A DNA stretch of 64,000 nucleotides from positions 270,922 to 334,921 of the forward strand of contig CAYOOP010000001.1 in the NCBI GenBank assembly GCA_964405685.1, given 5' to 3'. The number at the start of each line of letters is the position of its first letter. Positions within the stretch are counted from its first letter, which is position 1. The stretch comes from an uncultured Rickettsiales bacterium (GTDB lineage Bacteria; Pseudomonadota; Alphaproteobacteria; Rickettsiales; SXRF01). A program made the translations under genes and the position numbers. The notes under the pieces were generated by a model. The model was not told where the DNA came from, made no database searches, and saw only the letters and a program-made list of their open reading frames with translations. Positions 36,026-46,313 of the stretch are shown piece after piece.

Positions 36026-37176
36026 ATATGCATTTTGCAAGCTGGCCTATTGCGCAAACAGCGCTGGGGCTTAACGCAAAGCGGCCGGACGCACACGCTT
36101 TTCTCTCGCTCGCAGGAAAAACGGATGATCTAGGAAGCATTCAAACGCTAGCAAATACATTGCGCGCACGATTCTCTGACATGGTCGTAGTAGGCGCGGG
36201 TGGCTCGGGCATGAGCGGGAAATTGCTCGCCTCGCTCTCACATGAAAGCTCGCATCATGTGCATGTGTTGGATAATCTGGATATTTTGCCGTTTGATCGG
36301 CTGACAAAGAACCTCGACCCTAAACGCACCTGTGTTGCCTTCATCAGTAAATCCGGCACCACACCGGAAGTGATTGTGACGGTAGACTTACTGAGCGATT
36401 GGCTAAAACGAAGCGGTATCAATCCGACCGATCATTTTTGTGTTATCACCACACCCGATGGCAACGCACTTCACCGCTTTGCTGAGACCAATCAATTACG
36501 CACGCTCGCTTGCGATCCTGATTTGGGTGGACGGTTTTCAGTGCTTTCAAGTGTGGGTTTGCTGCCCGCAGCGTTTGCAGGTGTGGATATTAAAAAGCTT
36601 CGCGAAGGCGCGTCTAATATCGATGTGCAGGCACTTGGGGCTTCTGTTGCAGCACAAAAACAATTGATTGCTGAAGGCAAAACCAATCAGGTGATGATGG
36701 TGTATGATGAGGCGCTGGTGCCGCTGGCGCTGTGGTGGCAACAGGTGTTTTCAGAAAGTTTGGGTAAAGATGGGAAGGGAGCTGGGGGCGTTGTGGCATT
36801 GGGCCCGCGTGATCAGCACAGCCAATTGCAACTCTACATGCAAGGCCCACCAAATTATTATTTCACGTTTCTTTCCTGCGCGCGCAATCCAGCGACGCAT
36901 GTTATTTCTAATGATGCCTTGCTGCCGGAATTTCGCGGCAAGCCGCTCGCAGCGGTGATTGATGCGATGCACCGCGGGACAATGGATAGCATGATCGCAG
37001 CGGGCAAGCCGGTGCGCCACATTCATTTCGATAGCTTGAATGAAACCTCCGTCGCCGCGTTTTTGCAAAGCATGATGGTAGAAATTGTAGCGCTCGGCGA
37101 AGCGCTCGACATCAACCCCTTCGGCCAGCCAGCGGTGGAGGCGAGTAAGCAGTTAACGAAACAGTATCTCACATGA
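36022..37176 (+). CDS. pgi: Glucose-6-phosphate isomerase (short form)
   Basis: VVVGAGGSGMSGK, FISKSGTTPEV, GGRFSVLSSVGLLPAA and QHSQLQLYMQGP motifs. ATGA overlap with the upstream gene. Confidence 0.85.
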   Translation: MNMHFASWPIAQTALGLNAKRPDAHAFLSLAGKTDDLGSIQTLANTLRARFSDMVVVGAGGSGMSGKLLASLSHESSHHVHVLDNLDILPFDRLTKNLDPKRTCVAFISKSGTTPEVIVTVDLLSDWLKRSGINPTDHFCVITTPDGNALHRFAETNQLRTLACDPDLGGRFSVLSSVGLLPAAFAGVDIKKLREGASNIDVQALGASVAAQKQLIAEGKTNQVMMVYDEALVPLALWWQQVFSESLGKDGKGAGGVVALGPRDQHSQLQLYMQGPPNYYFTFLSCARNPATHVISNDALLPEFRGKPLAAVIDAMHRGTMDSMIAAGKPVRHIHFDSLNETSVAAFLQSMMVEIVALGEALDINPFGQPAVEASKQLTKQYLT

Positions 37177-38933
37177 CGATCCGTATTCTTCCTAGCAATC
37201 TTGTCAATCAAATCGCTGCGGGTGAGGTGATCGAGCGGCCTGCGTCGGTTGTGAAAGAGCTGGTAGAAAATGCAATTGACGCCGGAGCAACGCGCGTGGA
37301 CGTTGCGCTTGAGCAAGGCGGCAAGGCGCTGATTCAGGTGAGCGATAACGGCAAGGGCATGAAGCCCGATGAGTTGGCGCTCGCCGTCACGCGCCACGCG
37401 ACATCAAAATTACCACAGGATGATTTGGCGGCGATTTGCGCACTGGGGTTTCGCGGCGAGGCCTTACCGTCCATTGGTTCGGTAAGCCGTTTAAGCATTG
37501 CCAGCCGCACGCAAGATGCCGCGCAAGGGGCGATGATTACGGTGGAAAACGGTGCAATTTCAGCACCTGAGCCCGTAGCTTTACCGCAAGGCACACGCGT
37601 GATCGTGCGCGATTTGTTTTTTGCAACACCGGCACGACTTAAGTTTTTGAAAAGCGATCGTTCGGAGTTGCAGGCAGTAGAAGATATGATCGAGCGCTTG
37701 GCACTGACACGTCCGGATATTTCTTTTTCGTTGATGGACGGCGAACGTGTGCGCCTGAAAGCTGATGGGCGTCAGGGCGAGCTGCTCGATGCGCTGGCGA
37801 TACGCACCCAGGCGGTGCTCGGCGATGAATTCATCCGCAACAGCCTGCCCATTCACGCGGTGCGCGAGCAGATTTCGATTTATGGTTTTATTAGCTTGCC
37901 GACCTACCACCGCGCTACCAGCACCATGCAACATATTGTTGTGAATGGCCGCGCGATTCGCGACCGGCAACTGCTTTCAGCCATTCGTGCCGGGTATATG
38001 GATGTACATCCGCATGGACGGCACGCGGCAGTAAATCTATTTATTGACGTGCCGGTCACCGAAGTGGATGTGAATGTGCACCCCGGCAAGGCTGAGGTAC
38101 GCTTTCGTGATAGTAGCTATGTGCGCTCGTGTTTGATTAGTACGATTCGAAATGCCCTTGCAACCGCAGAAGCCAAAACCATTGCAACTACGGTGCACGC
38201 ATCAGCAACGCAGCGGTTTACACCTGAAATTGAGTACCGCGAACCGGTGACCCTTAGCTTTAGCTTGCGGGATTCTGGTGCACCCGCGCCGCTACCGCGT
38301 TATGCGAGTGTGGGCGCAACAGCCTTGGCTACAGCACCTGTAGCGGAGCCGGATTATCCGCTCGGACATGCGCGAGCGCAATTGTTTGATACCTACATCA
38401 TCGCAGAAACCGAAGAAGGCCTCGTGATCGTCGATCAGCATGCGGCCCATGAGCGCTTGGTTTATGAACAGTTGAAGGCCACTAAAGAAAGTGAGTCTCC
38501 AGCAACACAAGCCTTGCTGGTGCCGCTGATCGTTGAGCTTTCGGCGAGGCAGTGCGATGCATTGATACGTAGCGCCCCGGCACTGGCTAGGTTTGGGCTC
38601 ATGATTGAGCATTTTGGTGCAAGCGCGATTGCCGTGCGCGAAGTGCCACAATTGCTTGCGAGTGCTGATATGGCACGGCTCGTAAATGACATTGCTGATG
38701 AATTGCTGGAGCATGGTGCGGCCACAGCATTGGAAGAGCGTTTAAATGAGGTGCTCTCCAGCATGGCCTGCCACGGCAGTGTGCGCGCAGGCCGAAGCCT
38801 AAGCATCTCAGAAATGAACGCGCTGCTACGCCACATGGAAACTACACCCAAAAGCAGCCAATGCAACCACGGACGGCCTACCTATGTAAAACTAAGCCGC
38901 GCGGATATGGAACGGCTGTTCGGGCGGACGTAG
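37173..38933 (+). CDS. mutL: DNA mismatch repair protein MutL
   Basis: IAAGEVIERPASVVKELVENAIDAGA, FRGEALPSI and C-terminal QCNHGRPTY. Confidence 0.96.
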   Translation: MTIRILPSNLVNQIAAGEVIERPASVVKELVENAIDAGATRVDVALEQGGKALIQVSDNGKGMKPDELALAVTRHATSKLPQDDLAAICALGFRGEALPSIGSVSRLSIASRTQDAAQGAMITVENGAISAPEPVALPQGTRVIVRDLFFATPARLKFLKSDRSELQAVEDMIERLALTRPDISFSLMDGERVRLKADGRQGELLDALAIRTQAVLGDEFIRNSLPIHAVREQISIYGFISLPTYHRATSTMQHIVVNGRAIRDRQLLSAIRAGYMDVHPHGRHAAVNLFIDVPVTEVDVNVHPGKAEVRFRDSSYVRSCLISTIRNALATAEAKTIATTVHASATQRFTPEIEYREPVTLSFSLRDSGAPAPLPRYASVGATALATAPVAEPDYPLGHARAQLFDTYIIAETEEGLVIVDQHAAHERLVYEQLKATKESESPATQALLVPLIVELSARQCDALIRSAPALARFGLMIEHFGASAIAVREVPQLLASADMARLVNDIADELLEHGAATALEERLNEVLSSMACHGSVRAGRSLSISEMNALLRHMETTPKSSQCNHGRPTYVKLSRADMERLFGRT

Positions 38934-38970
38934 AGCTTGCACGGAAGTTCCTCTCACTTTATAAGATCGT

Positions 38971-39918
38971 ATGCTTTATCAGTCCTTCATTGCGCTTGCC
39001 GCCTTTCTGATTACCTTGCTTGGAACGCGGGTAATTGTCCTTAGACTGCGTGAGAAATCACCCACCCAATTCTTGCCCTCAGCTCCACGCAGCAGCGGTA
39101 TTGCGATTATGGTAGCGCTCGCAGCCTATATGATTGCAACCGACGCGAGCTATGCTCTTATTCTCAGTATGGCCGTGCTCGGCGGCCTTGCTTTTTTGGG
39201 AGAGTGGGTGGCGGTACCGCCTGTCGTTCGGCTGCTGACACAATTATTGGTGATCGCCTGTATTGTATATGCCGAACAGTTCTCGCTGGGCGTTTCCTGG
39301 TTGCCGGCGTGGGTAGACACGGTCTTGATTCTACTGGGATGGACCTGGTTTGTTAATCTATATGAAACCATGGACGGCATTGACGGCATGGCAACCACCG
39401 AGGCTATTTGCGTGACGATTGGCATTTGCTTAGTGCTCGCCATGACTGAAAATGCCAGCGAGCCTCTCTTCATCCACAGTCTGATTATTGCGGCAGCCGC
39501 CAGTGGTTTTTTGTGGTGGAATTGGTACCCAGCGAAAATCCGTTTGGGGGCGGTAGGTAGTACGTCATTTAGCTTGGTGGTGGGTTATGCGCTTCTGTCG
39601 CTGGTCAATCAAGGATACGGTATTTCTGCGTTTATTCTAGCGAGTTATTTTCTGATGGAATCGCTATTTACGAACCTTAAACCCTTACTCAAAGATTTGG
39701 AATACGAACATTACTACCGGCTTGCCGCGCGTGCGGGGACATCGCATGGCGTGATTGTTCGGCATGTGTTTGGGGCCAATATCATGTTGATTGCCCTGGC
39801 GATATTTGCAGCACTTTACCCTGCCCTTGCTGTTTATACCTTGCTAGCTGCCATTTTAATGGTCGGCATCGTCCTGCTCTTTTTTGAACGTCTCTACCAT
39901 CGGCGAAGCGGCGCATGA
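38971..39918 (+). CDS. Family 4 glycosyltransferase (WecA/WbpL/MraY-like polyprenyl-phosphate sugar-1-phosphate transferase)
   Basis: Polytopic protein with the NLYETMDGIDGMA motif (the N..N.mDG.DGla signature). Confidence 0.8.
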   Translation: MLYQSFIALAAFLITLLGTRVIVLRLREKSPTQFLPSAPRSSGIAIMVALAAYMIATDASYALILSMAVLGGLAFLGEWVAVPPVVRLLTQLLVIACIVYAEQFSLGVSWLPAWVDTVLILLGWTWFVNLYETMDGIDGMATTEAICVTIGICLVLAMTENASEPLFIHSLIIAAAASGFLWWNWYPAKIRLGAVGSTSFSLVVGYALLSLVNQGYGISAFILASYFLMESLFTNLKPLLKDLEYEHYYRLAARAGTSHGVIVRHVFGANIMLIALAIFAALYPALAVYTLLAAILMVGIVLLFFERLYHRRSGA

Positions 39919-41771
39919 GCACGAAAACCAAATGGTTCCAGCATGGCGCGCTTGCGTTTGTGCATGATTGTATTATGGCATTCCTCAGTTTCGGGCTATC
40001 GCTTAGCCTGCGCGTAGGAACGGTAGATGCGCTGCACCTGCCCCATGTGATGTATGGCGCGGGGTTGTTTGCGCTCGTATGCGCAGCGGTGTTTGCGCAT
40101 ATGCGTTTGTACCGCGGCATTTGGCACTTTGCGTCTGTGGAAGACTTGTTCGCGATTGTTAAAGCCGTGTCGCTCGCTATTCTTATTTTCGCGGCCGGTA
40201 TGTTTTTGGCGCATCGTTTAGAAGGTCTACCGCGCTCGGTGCTGATTATTAATTGGATTGTGCTGATTGTCTTGCTTGGTGCACCGCGATTTGCATACCG
40301 CATGGCAAAAGATCGCACCTTGGTGGCTCCCAAGCGTGATCGCCATATTGTGCCGCTACTCATGGTGGGTATGGATAGCAACACCGATCTCTTCCTGCGC
40401 GATATTATGCGCGACAAATACAGCATGTATGAAGTGATAGCGATCATCGACTTAGAGAGTAATATTCACCGCCGTAGCCTGCATGGCATACCGGTGTACG
40501 GGCGTGTGTCGTCGATTGGTGCCGTCGTCAATAAACTCAAACGCAAAGGCAAACCTCCTCAGCGCCTCGTGCTCACCAGCATTGCCGATGCGGCGCTACT
40601 CGAGCAGTGCATCAAAGTGGCGGATGAACACGGTCTGAGCTTAGGCCAACTGCCGCGCCTCCAGGAGTTGGGAGCGGCGGCTGATACGACATCCCACGTG
40701 TTAAAACCTATTGCGGTTGAAGATTTATTGGGGCGCAGCCAAACCGTGCTTGATACCAGCGCCATGAGCGCCTTTGTTAAAAACAAAACGGTGCTGATTA
40801 CCGGCGCGGGCGGTTCAATTGGCGGCGAGCTGTGCCGACAGCTGGCGGGGTTTGCACCCGCCAAGCTGGTGCTGCTCGATAATAGCGAATACGCGCTTTA
40901 TGCAATTGATCAAGTGTTAGCAGACACCGCACCGCATATTCCGCGCGTACCCGTTTTAGGTGATGTAAAAAACCCAAGCCAGGTGGAGCGAATCTTCCAG
41001 GAGTTTGCGCCCGTATTGATCTTTCATGCCGCAGCGGTGAAGCATGTGCCGCTGTCCGAACAAAATCCCCTGCAGGCGATTGAAACCAATGTGTTTGGTA
41101 CGGGCTGTGTGCTCGATGCGGCCATAAAGCACAACGCGCAAGCGGTGGTGTTGATCTCCACCGATAAGGCGGTAAACCCTACCAATATTATGGGTGCAAC
41201 CAAGCGTTTGGCGGAAAAGCTTTTGATTGCGCGTCAGGCCAAAGCGGGAATGACACGACTGGTGGCGGTGCGGTTTGGCAATGTGCTTGGTTCGACCGGT
41301 TCAGTGGTGCCCAAATTCCACAAACAGCTGGCCAGCGGCAGCCCATTAACGGTGACACACCAAGATATGACGCGTTATTTCATGACGCTGAAAGAAGCCT
41401 CGCAACTAGTGATTCGCGCAGCCTCCCTCAAACATCCTAGCCCGCTGTATGTGCTCGATATGGGAACGCCGATGAAGATCATCGATCTGGCCCGCAATAT
41501 GATTCGCCTGTCCGGTCAAATTCCGGATAAGGATGTGGCGATTAGTTTTACCGGCCTGCGTCCTGGTGAAAAGCTCTATGAGGAATTGTTTTATCCATCT
41601 GAAAAGCCTGAAAAAACTGAAGCATCTGGGGTGCTTTCCGGTACGGCGTGCACTCTGGATGCTGATTTTGAGGCGGCCCTTGCAAGTTTGGATGCATGGT
41701 GTAAGCAAGGCGCGGTGGATAAGGCTTCCGCCCAACTGAAACAACTGGTTCCTGAATATACACCCCTATGA
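39915..41771 (+). CDS. Membrane-anchored nucleotide-sugar 4,6-dehydratase (CapD/WbpM/PglF-like)
   Basis: N-terminal TM helices, then VLITGAGGSIGGELCRQ, the HAAAVKHVP/STDKAVNP/GATKR catalytic region and RFGNVLGSTGSV. Confidence 0.88.
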   Translation: MSTKTKWFQHGALAFVHDCIMAFLSFGLSLSLRVGTVDALHLPHVMYGAGLFALVCAAVFAHMRLYRGIWHFASVEDLFAIVKAVSLAILIFAAGMFLAHRLEGLPRSVLIINWIVLIVLLGAPRFAYRMAKDRTLVAPKRDRHIVPLLMVGMDSNTDLFLRDIMRDKYSMYEVIAIIDLESNIHRRSLHGIPVYGRVSSIGAVVNKLKRKGKPPQRLVLTSIADAALLEQCIKVADEHGLSLGQLPRLQELGAAADTTSHVLKPIAVEDLLGRSQTVLDTSAMSAFVKNKTVLITGAGGSIGGELCRQLAGFAPAKLVLLDNSEYALYAIDQVLADTAPHIPRVPVLGDVKNPSQVERIFQEFAPVLIFHAAAVKHVPLSEQNPLQAIETNVFGTGCVLDAAIKHNAQAVVLISTDKAVNPTNIMGATKRLAEKLLIARQAKAGMTRLVAVRFGNVLGSTGSVVPKFHKQLASGSPLTVTHQDMTRYFMTLKEASQLVIRAASLKHPSPLYVLDMGTPMKIIDLARNMIRLSGQIPDKDVAISFTGLRPGEKLYEELFYPSEKPEKTEASGVLSGTACTLDADFEAALASLDAWCKQGAVDKASAQLKQLVPEYTPL

Positions 41772-43312
41772 TCAAGCGCGCACTGCTTTCCGTCTCTGAC
41801 AAAACCCATCTACTTTCGCTCGCGCAATTTTTGCAATCAGCAGGTGTAGAAATTGTGTCAACGGGAGGCACCGCAAAAATGCTCCGCGATGCTGGCGTTG
41901 CTGTTAAAGACGTCAGTGAATTAACGGGCACGCCGGAGATGCTTGATGGGAGGGTAAAAACTTTGCACCCGAAAGTGCACGGCGGCTTGCTTGGTATTCG
42001 TAGCAACGCGGAACACCAAGCGACGATGAAAGAGCATGCGATTCCAGCCATTGATCTTGTCGTCATTAATCTTTATCCCTTCGAAGCAACGCTCGCCAAA
42101 GGCGGTTCTTACGACGAATGTATCGAAAATATCGACATTGGCGGCCCGGCGATGATTCGCTCAAGCGCCAAGAACCATACGGATGTCACGGTGATTGTCG
42201 ATCCTGCGGATTACGTTACCTTGAAACACGAAATGCAAACCGGCAGTGGTGCTACGACGCTCGCCTTCCGCCAGAAAATGGCGTCCAAAGCGTTTGCACG
42301 TACCGCAGCCTATGATGCAACGATCAGCGGCTATTTCCGCCATTTACTGGACGACCCCCTGCCCGAATCCGTCACCGTGGGTGGCACACGCAAAGCGGTG
42401 CTTCATTACGGCGAAAACCCACACCAAAAAGCGGGGCTTTATGCGATCGCGGCCGAAGGCCCATCCCTCCTTTCCGCCACGCAGGTGCAGGGCGAGACTT
42501 TAAGCTACAACAATGTGAACGATGCAGCGGCAGCGCTCGAGCTTGCCGCAGAATTTTCGGACCCATGTGTTGCGATTATTAAACATGCAAATCCTTGCGG
42601 CGTTGCGATTGGTAAAGGCTTGGATGATGCGTATGAGCGGGCGTTTGCATGCGATAAAGTGAGCGCGTATGGCGGGATTATTGCCGTCAACCGCCCCATT
42701 GATGTGGCCTTTGCGGAGGCAATTAAATCGCTGTTTTTAGAAGTCTTGATTGCACCGAGTGTTGCCCCTGAAGCGCTGGCGCTGCTTGCCGCCAAAAAGA
42801 AGTTAAAATTGCTGACGCTGGGGGATATGCCTAAGGCAACTGCGCCACGCATGGCGATGAAACTGTTGCGCGGTGGCTTCTTGCTGCAGGAAGAAGATCT
42901 GCTCATTTACGATGAGGCGCAAGCCGAAGTGGTCACCCAAACCAAGCCGGGTGAAGCGCAATTGAAAGATTTGCGTTTTGCCTTCACAATTGCCAAGCAT
43001 GTGAAATCAAACGCGATCGTACTCGCTAAAGACGCGGCAACGATTGGTGTGGGTGCCGGGCAAATGAGCCGGATTGATTCCACGAATATCGCCGTGCAAA
43101 AGGCCGCCAGCATGGAGCTTTCGACCAAGGGTGCGGTGCTCGCATCGGACGCCTTCTTCCCCTTCCCTGACAATGTGGAACTTGCCGCTAAATCTGGGAT
43201 TAACGCCATCATCCAACCGGGTGGTTCGATTCGTGACAAAGAAGTCATTGCGGCGGCAGATGCGCATGGCATTGCCATGGTTTTCACCGGCAAACGCCAC
43301 TTCAGGCATTAG
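41768..43312 (+). CDS. purH: Bifunctional AICAR transformylase / IMP cyclohydrolase
   Basis: RALLSVSDKT, GRVKTLHPKVHGG, VVINLYPF, IENIDIGGPAMIRSSAKN and C-terminal GKRHFRH. Confidence 0.97.
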   Translation: MIKRALLSVSDKTHLLSLAQFLQSAGVEIVSTGGTAKMLRDAGVAVKDVSELTGTPEMLDGRVKTLHPKVHGGLLGIRSNAEHQATMKEHAIPAIDLVVINLYPFEATLAKGGSYDECIENIDIGGPAMIRSSAKNHTDVTVIVDPADYVTLKHEMQTGSGATTLAFRQKMASKAFARTAAYDATISGYFRHLLDDPLPESVTVGGTRKAVLHYGENPHQKAGLYAIAAEGPSLLSATQVQGETLSYNNVNDAAAALELAAEFSDPCVAIIKHANPCGVAIGKGLDDAYERAFACDKVSAYGGIIAVNRPIDVAFAEAIKSLFLEVLIAPSVAPEALALLAAKKKLKLLTLGDMPKATAPRMAMKLLRGGFLLQEEDLLIYDEAQAEVVTQTKPGEAQLKDLRFAFTIAKHVKSNAIVLAKDAATIGVGAGQMSRIDSTNIAVQKAASMELSTKGAVLASDAFFPFPDNVELAAKSGINAIIQPGGSIRDKEVIAAADAHGIAMVFTGKRHFRH

Positions 43313-44522
43313 GTTTTAACTTCCGCAAAATCCAAAAGGCGGGAATAGCGAAACACGCCGAGACCACAAAGAATGGTGCCCACCCGAAACTTTGCGCAAC
43401 AAAACCTGAGGGTGTAGAAAGCCAAGTGCGGCCGAAGCTGGCGAAAGAATTAAGCAGTGCATATTGCGTGGCGGTGAACTCGCGGTTGCATAGGCCGCTA
43501 AGATACGCAACGAAGGCTGTCGTGCCAATACCGCCCGCAAAGTTTTCGGCCGTGATAACGGCGGCGAGCAGGCCTTTATCGGCACCGTGCGGAATAAGAG
43601 CAATGTAAAACACATTGGTAAGCGCTTGCAAAATGAGGCCTATGTAGAGCATTTTCATAATGCCGAAGCGTTTCACTGCGTAGCCACCGGCAAACCCGCC
43701 AACGATGGTGGCGATTAATCCATAAAGCTTCACGATGCTTGCAATACCCACCTTGGTAAAGCCGAGCTGCAATAAAAACGGCGTTGTCATCATGCCGAGG
43801 AACGCATCGGTGAGTTTGTAGCAGATGATAAAGGCGAGTATCCATACCGCGCCGCTACGCTTCAGGAAATCCGCAAAGGGCAGCACCACATATTCACGGA
43901 CCCACAAACGCCAGGCTTGGGTGGCAACGGGAACCGCTTGCGGTTCACGCGCGAGCAGGACGGCGATGATGCCGATGCCAAGCGCGAGCGACATGAGCTG
44001 ATAGGTCGCTTCCCAACCAAGTACAGAAGAGAGAAACAATGCTCCGGCGCTCGAGGCGATCATGCCGACGCGGTAACCGAATACGAAGGTGGCAGCGCCT
44101 AAGCCTTGATCCTCTTGCGGCAGCATTTCGATGCGTAAAGCGTCCAGTACGATGTCTTGAGTGGCGGAAAAGAAAGCGACGGCAAAGGCGCATAAAGCAA
44201 GTGTGGAAAGATGGGTTGTTGGGTCTTGCAACGCCATTGCGTAGAGGCTGGCACCTAAGCACAGTTGGCTTGCGATCAACCAGCCGCGGCGCTTGCCGAG
44301 GAGACGGCAGAAGAGTGGGAGACGCACACCATCAACGAGCGGTGACCATAGAAATTTAAGCGTATAGGGCGTTGCAAGCACCGCAAAAACGCCGATCATT
44401 TTCATGCTGACACCGGACTCGGCTAACCACGCACTTAAAGACGATGCGGTCAGCGCAAGCGGCAAGCCGCTCGCGAAACCGAGGAATAGCAATAGGGCAA
44501 ATTCACGCCGCCAGAGCATCAT
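43302..44522 (-). CDS. ampG: AmpG-family muropeptide MFS permease
   Basis: LLLFLGFASGLPLALTASSLSAWL and TPYTLKFLWSPLVD are AmpG hallmarks. I chose internal ATG 44522 (ORF extends to 44735 over the kinase gene). Confidence 0.85.
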   Translation of the reverse strand: MMLWRREFALLLFLGFASGLPLALTASSLSAWLAESGVSMKMIGVFAVLATPYTLKFLWSPLVDGVRLPLFCRLLGKRRGWLIASQLCLGASLYAMALQDPTTHLSTLALCAFAVAFFSATQDIVLDALRIEMLPQEDQGLGAATFVFGYRVGMIASSAGALFLSSVLGWEATYQLMSLALGIGIIAVLLAREPQAVPVATQAWRLWVREYVVLPFADFLKRSGAVWILAFIICYKLTDAFLGMMTTPFLLQLGFTKVGIASIVKLYGLIATIVGGFAGGYAVKRFGIMKMLYIGLILQALTNVFYIALIPHGADKGLLAAVITAENFAGGIGTTAFVAYLSGLCNREFTATQYALLNSFASFGRTWLSTPSGFVAQSFGWAPFFVVSACFAIPAFWILRKLKPNA

Positions 44523-45495
44523 GCAATGGCTTAAGCGGGGTTTGGCTGCGGGGCCCGAGTTGCTGGATGATGTGCCCGGCAAGCGCATGGCCAAGCTTGG
44601 CGGATTGCACCGTGCCATGCCCGCGCAAATGACCGAACAAGAACCCCGCAGCAAATAAATCACCCGCGCCAGTCGTATCCACGACATTTGGAACATACGC
44701 GGTGGGAACGCGCGTGATAGCTCCGCCCTGCACAACTACTGCACCTTCCGCCGAGCATGTGATGACCGCAAGCGAAGCGTCTATTTTCAGACGGGCGAGC
44801 GCCTCATCCAGCGTACTGACCTCATACAACGCGCAAACCTCCGCCTCGTTCGCAAAAAGAATATCCACGCGCGAAACCAGCTGTTTAAATGCTTCACGAT
44901 GACGAGTAACACAGAAGGTATCCGACAAGGTAAATGCGGTTTTGACCTTGGATGTTGCCGCCACGCTAAGCGCTTCTTCAATGGCGGAGATGGCGTCAAG
45001 CCGGTCCCACAAATAGCCCTCAATATAAAGAAGCTTAGCACGCCGGATGAGGCCGGCGTCGATATCCCCCTTCGCCAACGTGCCGCACGCGCCGAGATAG
45101 GTGGCCATGGTGCGCTCGCCGTCCGGTGTTACATAGACGAGGCAGCGGCCGGTGCCGGGACCTTCGGTTGCAGGGGGGGTTGGGAATTCAACGCCGAGGG
45201 CCTTTAAATCGTGACGAAAAAATGCACCGAGAGCGTCCTCTTTTACTTTGCCGATGAAACCACAAGCGGTACCTAAGCTTGCCATGCCGGCAATCGTATT
45301 CGCCGCTGAACCGCCGGAGCATTGGATGGATTGGCCTAAGCTTTCGTAGAGCGTGTTGCCCTGCGCTTCGTCGATTAACCCCATCGTGCCTTTTTTAAGG
45401 CCGAGGTTGCTCACCACGTGGTCTTCCACATGGCTTAAAACATCGACGATGGCATTGCCGATAGCGACGATGTCCAGGTTTCGTGATTCGGTCAT
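44503..45495 (-). CDS. PfkB-family carbohydrate/nucleoside kinase (adenosine kinase-like)
   Basis: GGSAANT and DTTGAGDLFAAGFL motifs. The overall layout matches alphaproteobacterial adenosine kinases. Confidence 0.85.
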   Translation of the reverse strand: MTESRNLDIVAIGNAIVDVLSHVEDHVVSNLGLKKGTMGLIDEAQGNTLYESLGQSIQCSGGSAANTIAGMASLGTACGFIGKVKEDALGAFFRHDLKALGVEFPTPPATEGPGTGRCLVYVTPDGERTMATYLGACGTLAKGDIDAGLIRRAKLLYIEGYLWDRLDAISAIEEALSVAATSKVKTAFTLSDTFCVTRHREAFKQLVSRVDILFANEAEVCALYEVSTLDEALARLKIDASLAVITCSAEGAVVVQGGAITRVPTAYVPNVVDTTGAGDLFAAGFLFGHLRGHGTVQSAKLGHALAGHIIQQLGPRSQTPLKPLHDALAA

Positions 45496-46214
45496 GCGAA
45501 TGCCTTTCTTGCTCTTTCGAGCCCTTCTTGCGTATCTACTCCCAGCGGTACAGCATCCACCACCGCTACGTCAATACGCATGCCATTTTCCAGCGCGCGC
45601 AGTTGCTCCAGCTTTTCAGCTTTCTCGCGCGGGCTGGGCGGTAAGGATACAAATCGTTTTAGCGCGGCGCGCCGATACGCATAAAGCCCGATGTGGTGAT
45701 AATAGGCTTCCGCATTTGCAGCTGCATTGCGCGAGAAATCAATCGCACGACCGCTCTTGCCTGGAACCGCCCATTCAATGGTGGGTTTAACAACCGAGGG
45801 GTCTGTAATTTCTGCGGGATCTGTAATTCTTGCTGCAAGGGTTGCGATGTCGACGTCCGGGTTCTCAAGTAATGTGAGTGCGGTTTTGATGATGGAAGCA
45901 TCAATGGTTGGCATATCTCCTTGGACGTTTACAACCACGTCATATGTTTCATCGGGATCAATGTAGCACAATGCTTCGTAGATACGGTCGGAACCACTGG
46001 GACAATTAACACTCGTCATCACCACACGAATGCCTTCGGCTTCGACCGCTTGCTGGATAGAAATGTCATCCGTTGCAACCACAGGAGTCAGGCCTGCGTC
46101 CACCACGCGGGCACACACTTGGACAATCATGGGCTTGCCGCCAACGTCGGCCAGCGCCTTACGCGGCAAGCGCGTGGAACCAATGCGAGCGGGAATGAGA
46201 ATGATGGGATTCAT
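45492..46214 (-). CDS. kdsB: 3-deoxy-manno-octulosonate cytidylyltransferase
   Basis: IILIPARIGSTRLPRKALADVGGKPMI, NVQGDMP and HIGLYAYRR motifs. Confidence 0.93.
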   Translation of the reverse strand: MNPIILIPARIGSTRLPRKALADVGGKPMIVQVCARVVDAGLTPVVATDDISIQQAVEAEGIRVVMTSVNCPSGSDRIYEALCYIDPDETYDVVVNVQGDMPTIDASIIKTALTLLENPDVDIATLAARITDPAEITDPSVVKPTIEWAVPGKSGRAIDFSRNAAANAEAYYHHIGLYAYRRAALKRFVSLPPSPREKAEKLEQLRALENGMRIDVAVVDAVPLGVDTQEGLERARKAFA

Positions 46215-46313
46215 GGGTTGGTAGCATACCCCACACCGCAGTATTTGCGAAGTTGATATTTGTATGGTAGGAGGCTATAAGCCTCTTAAGTAACCCCTTC
46301 ATTTATTTGTTCT

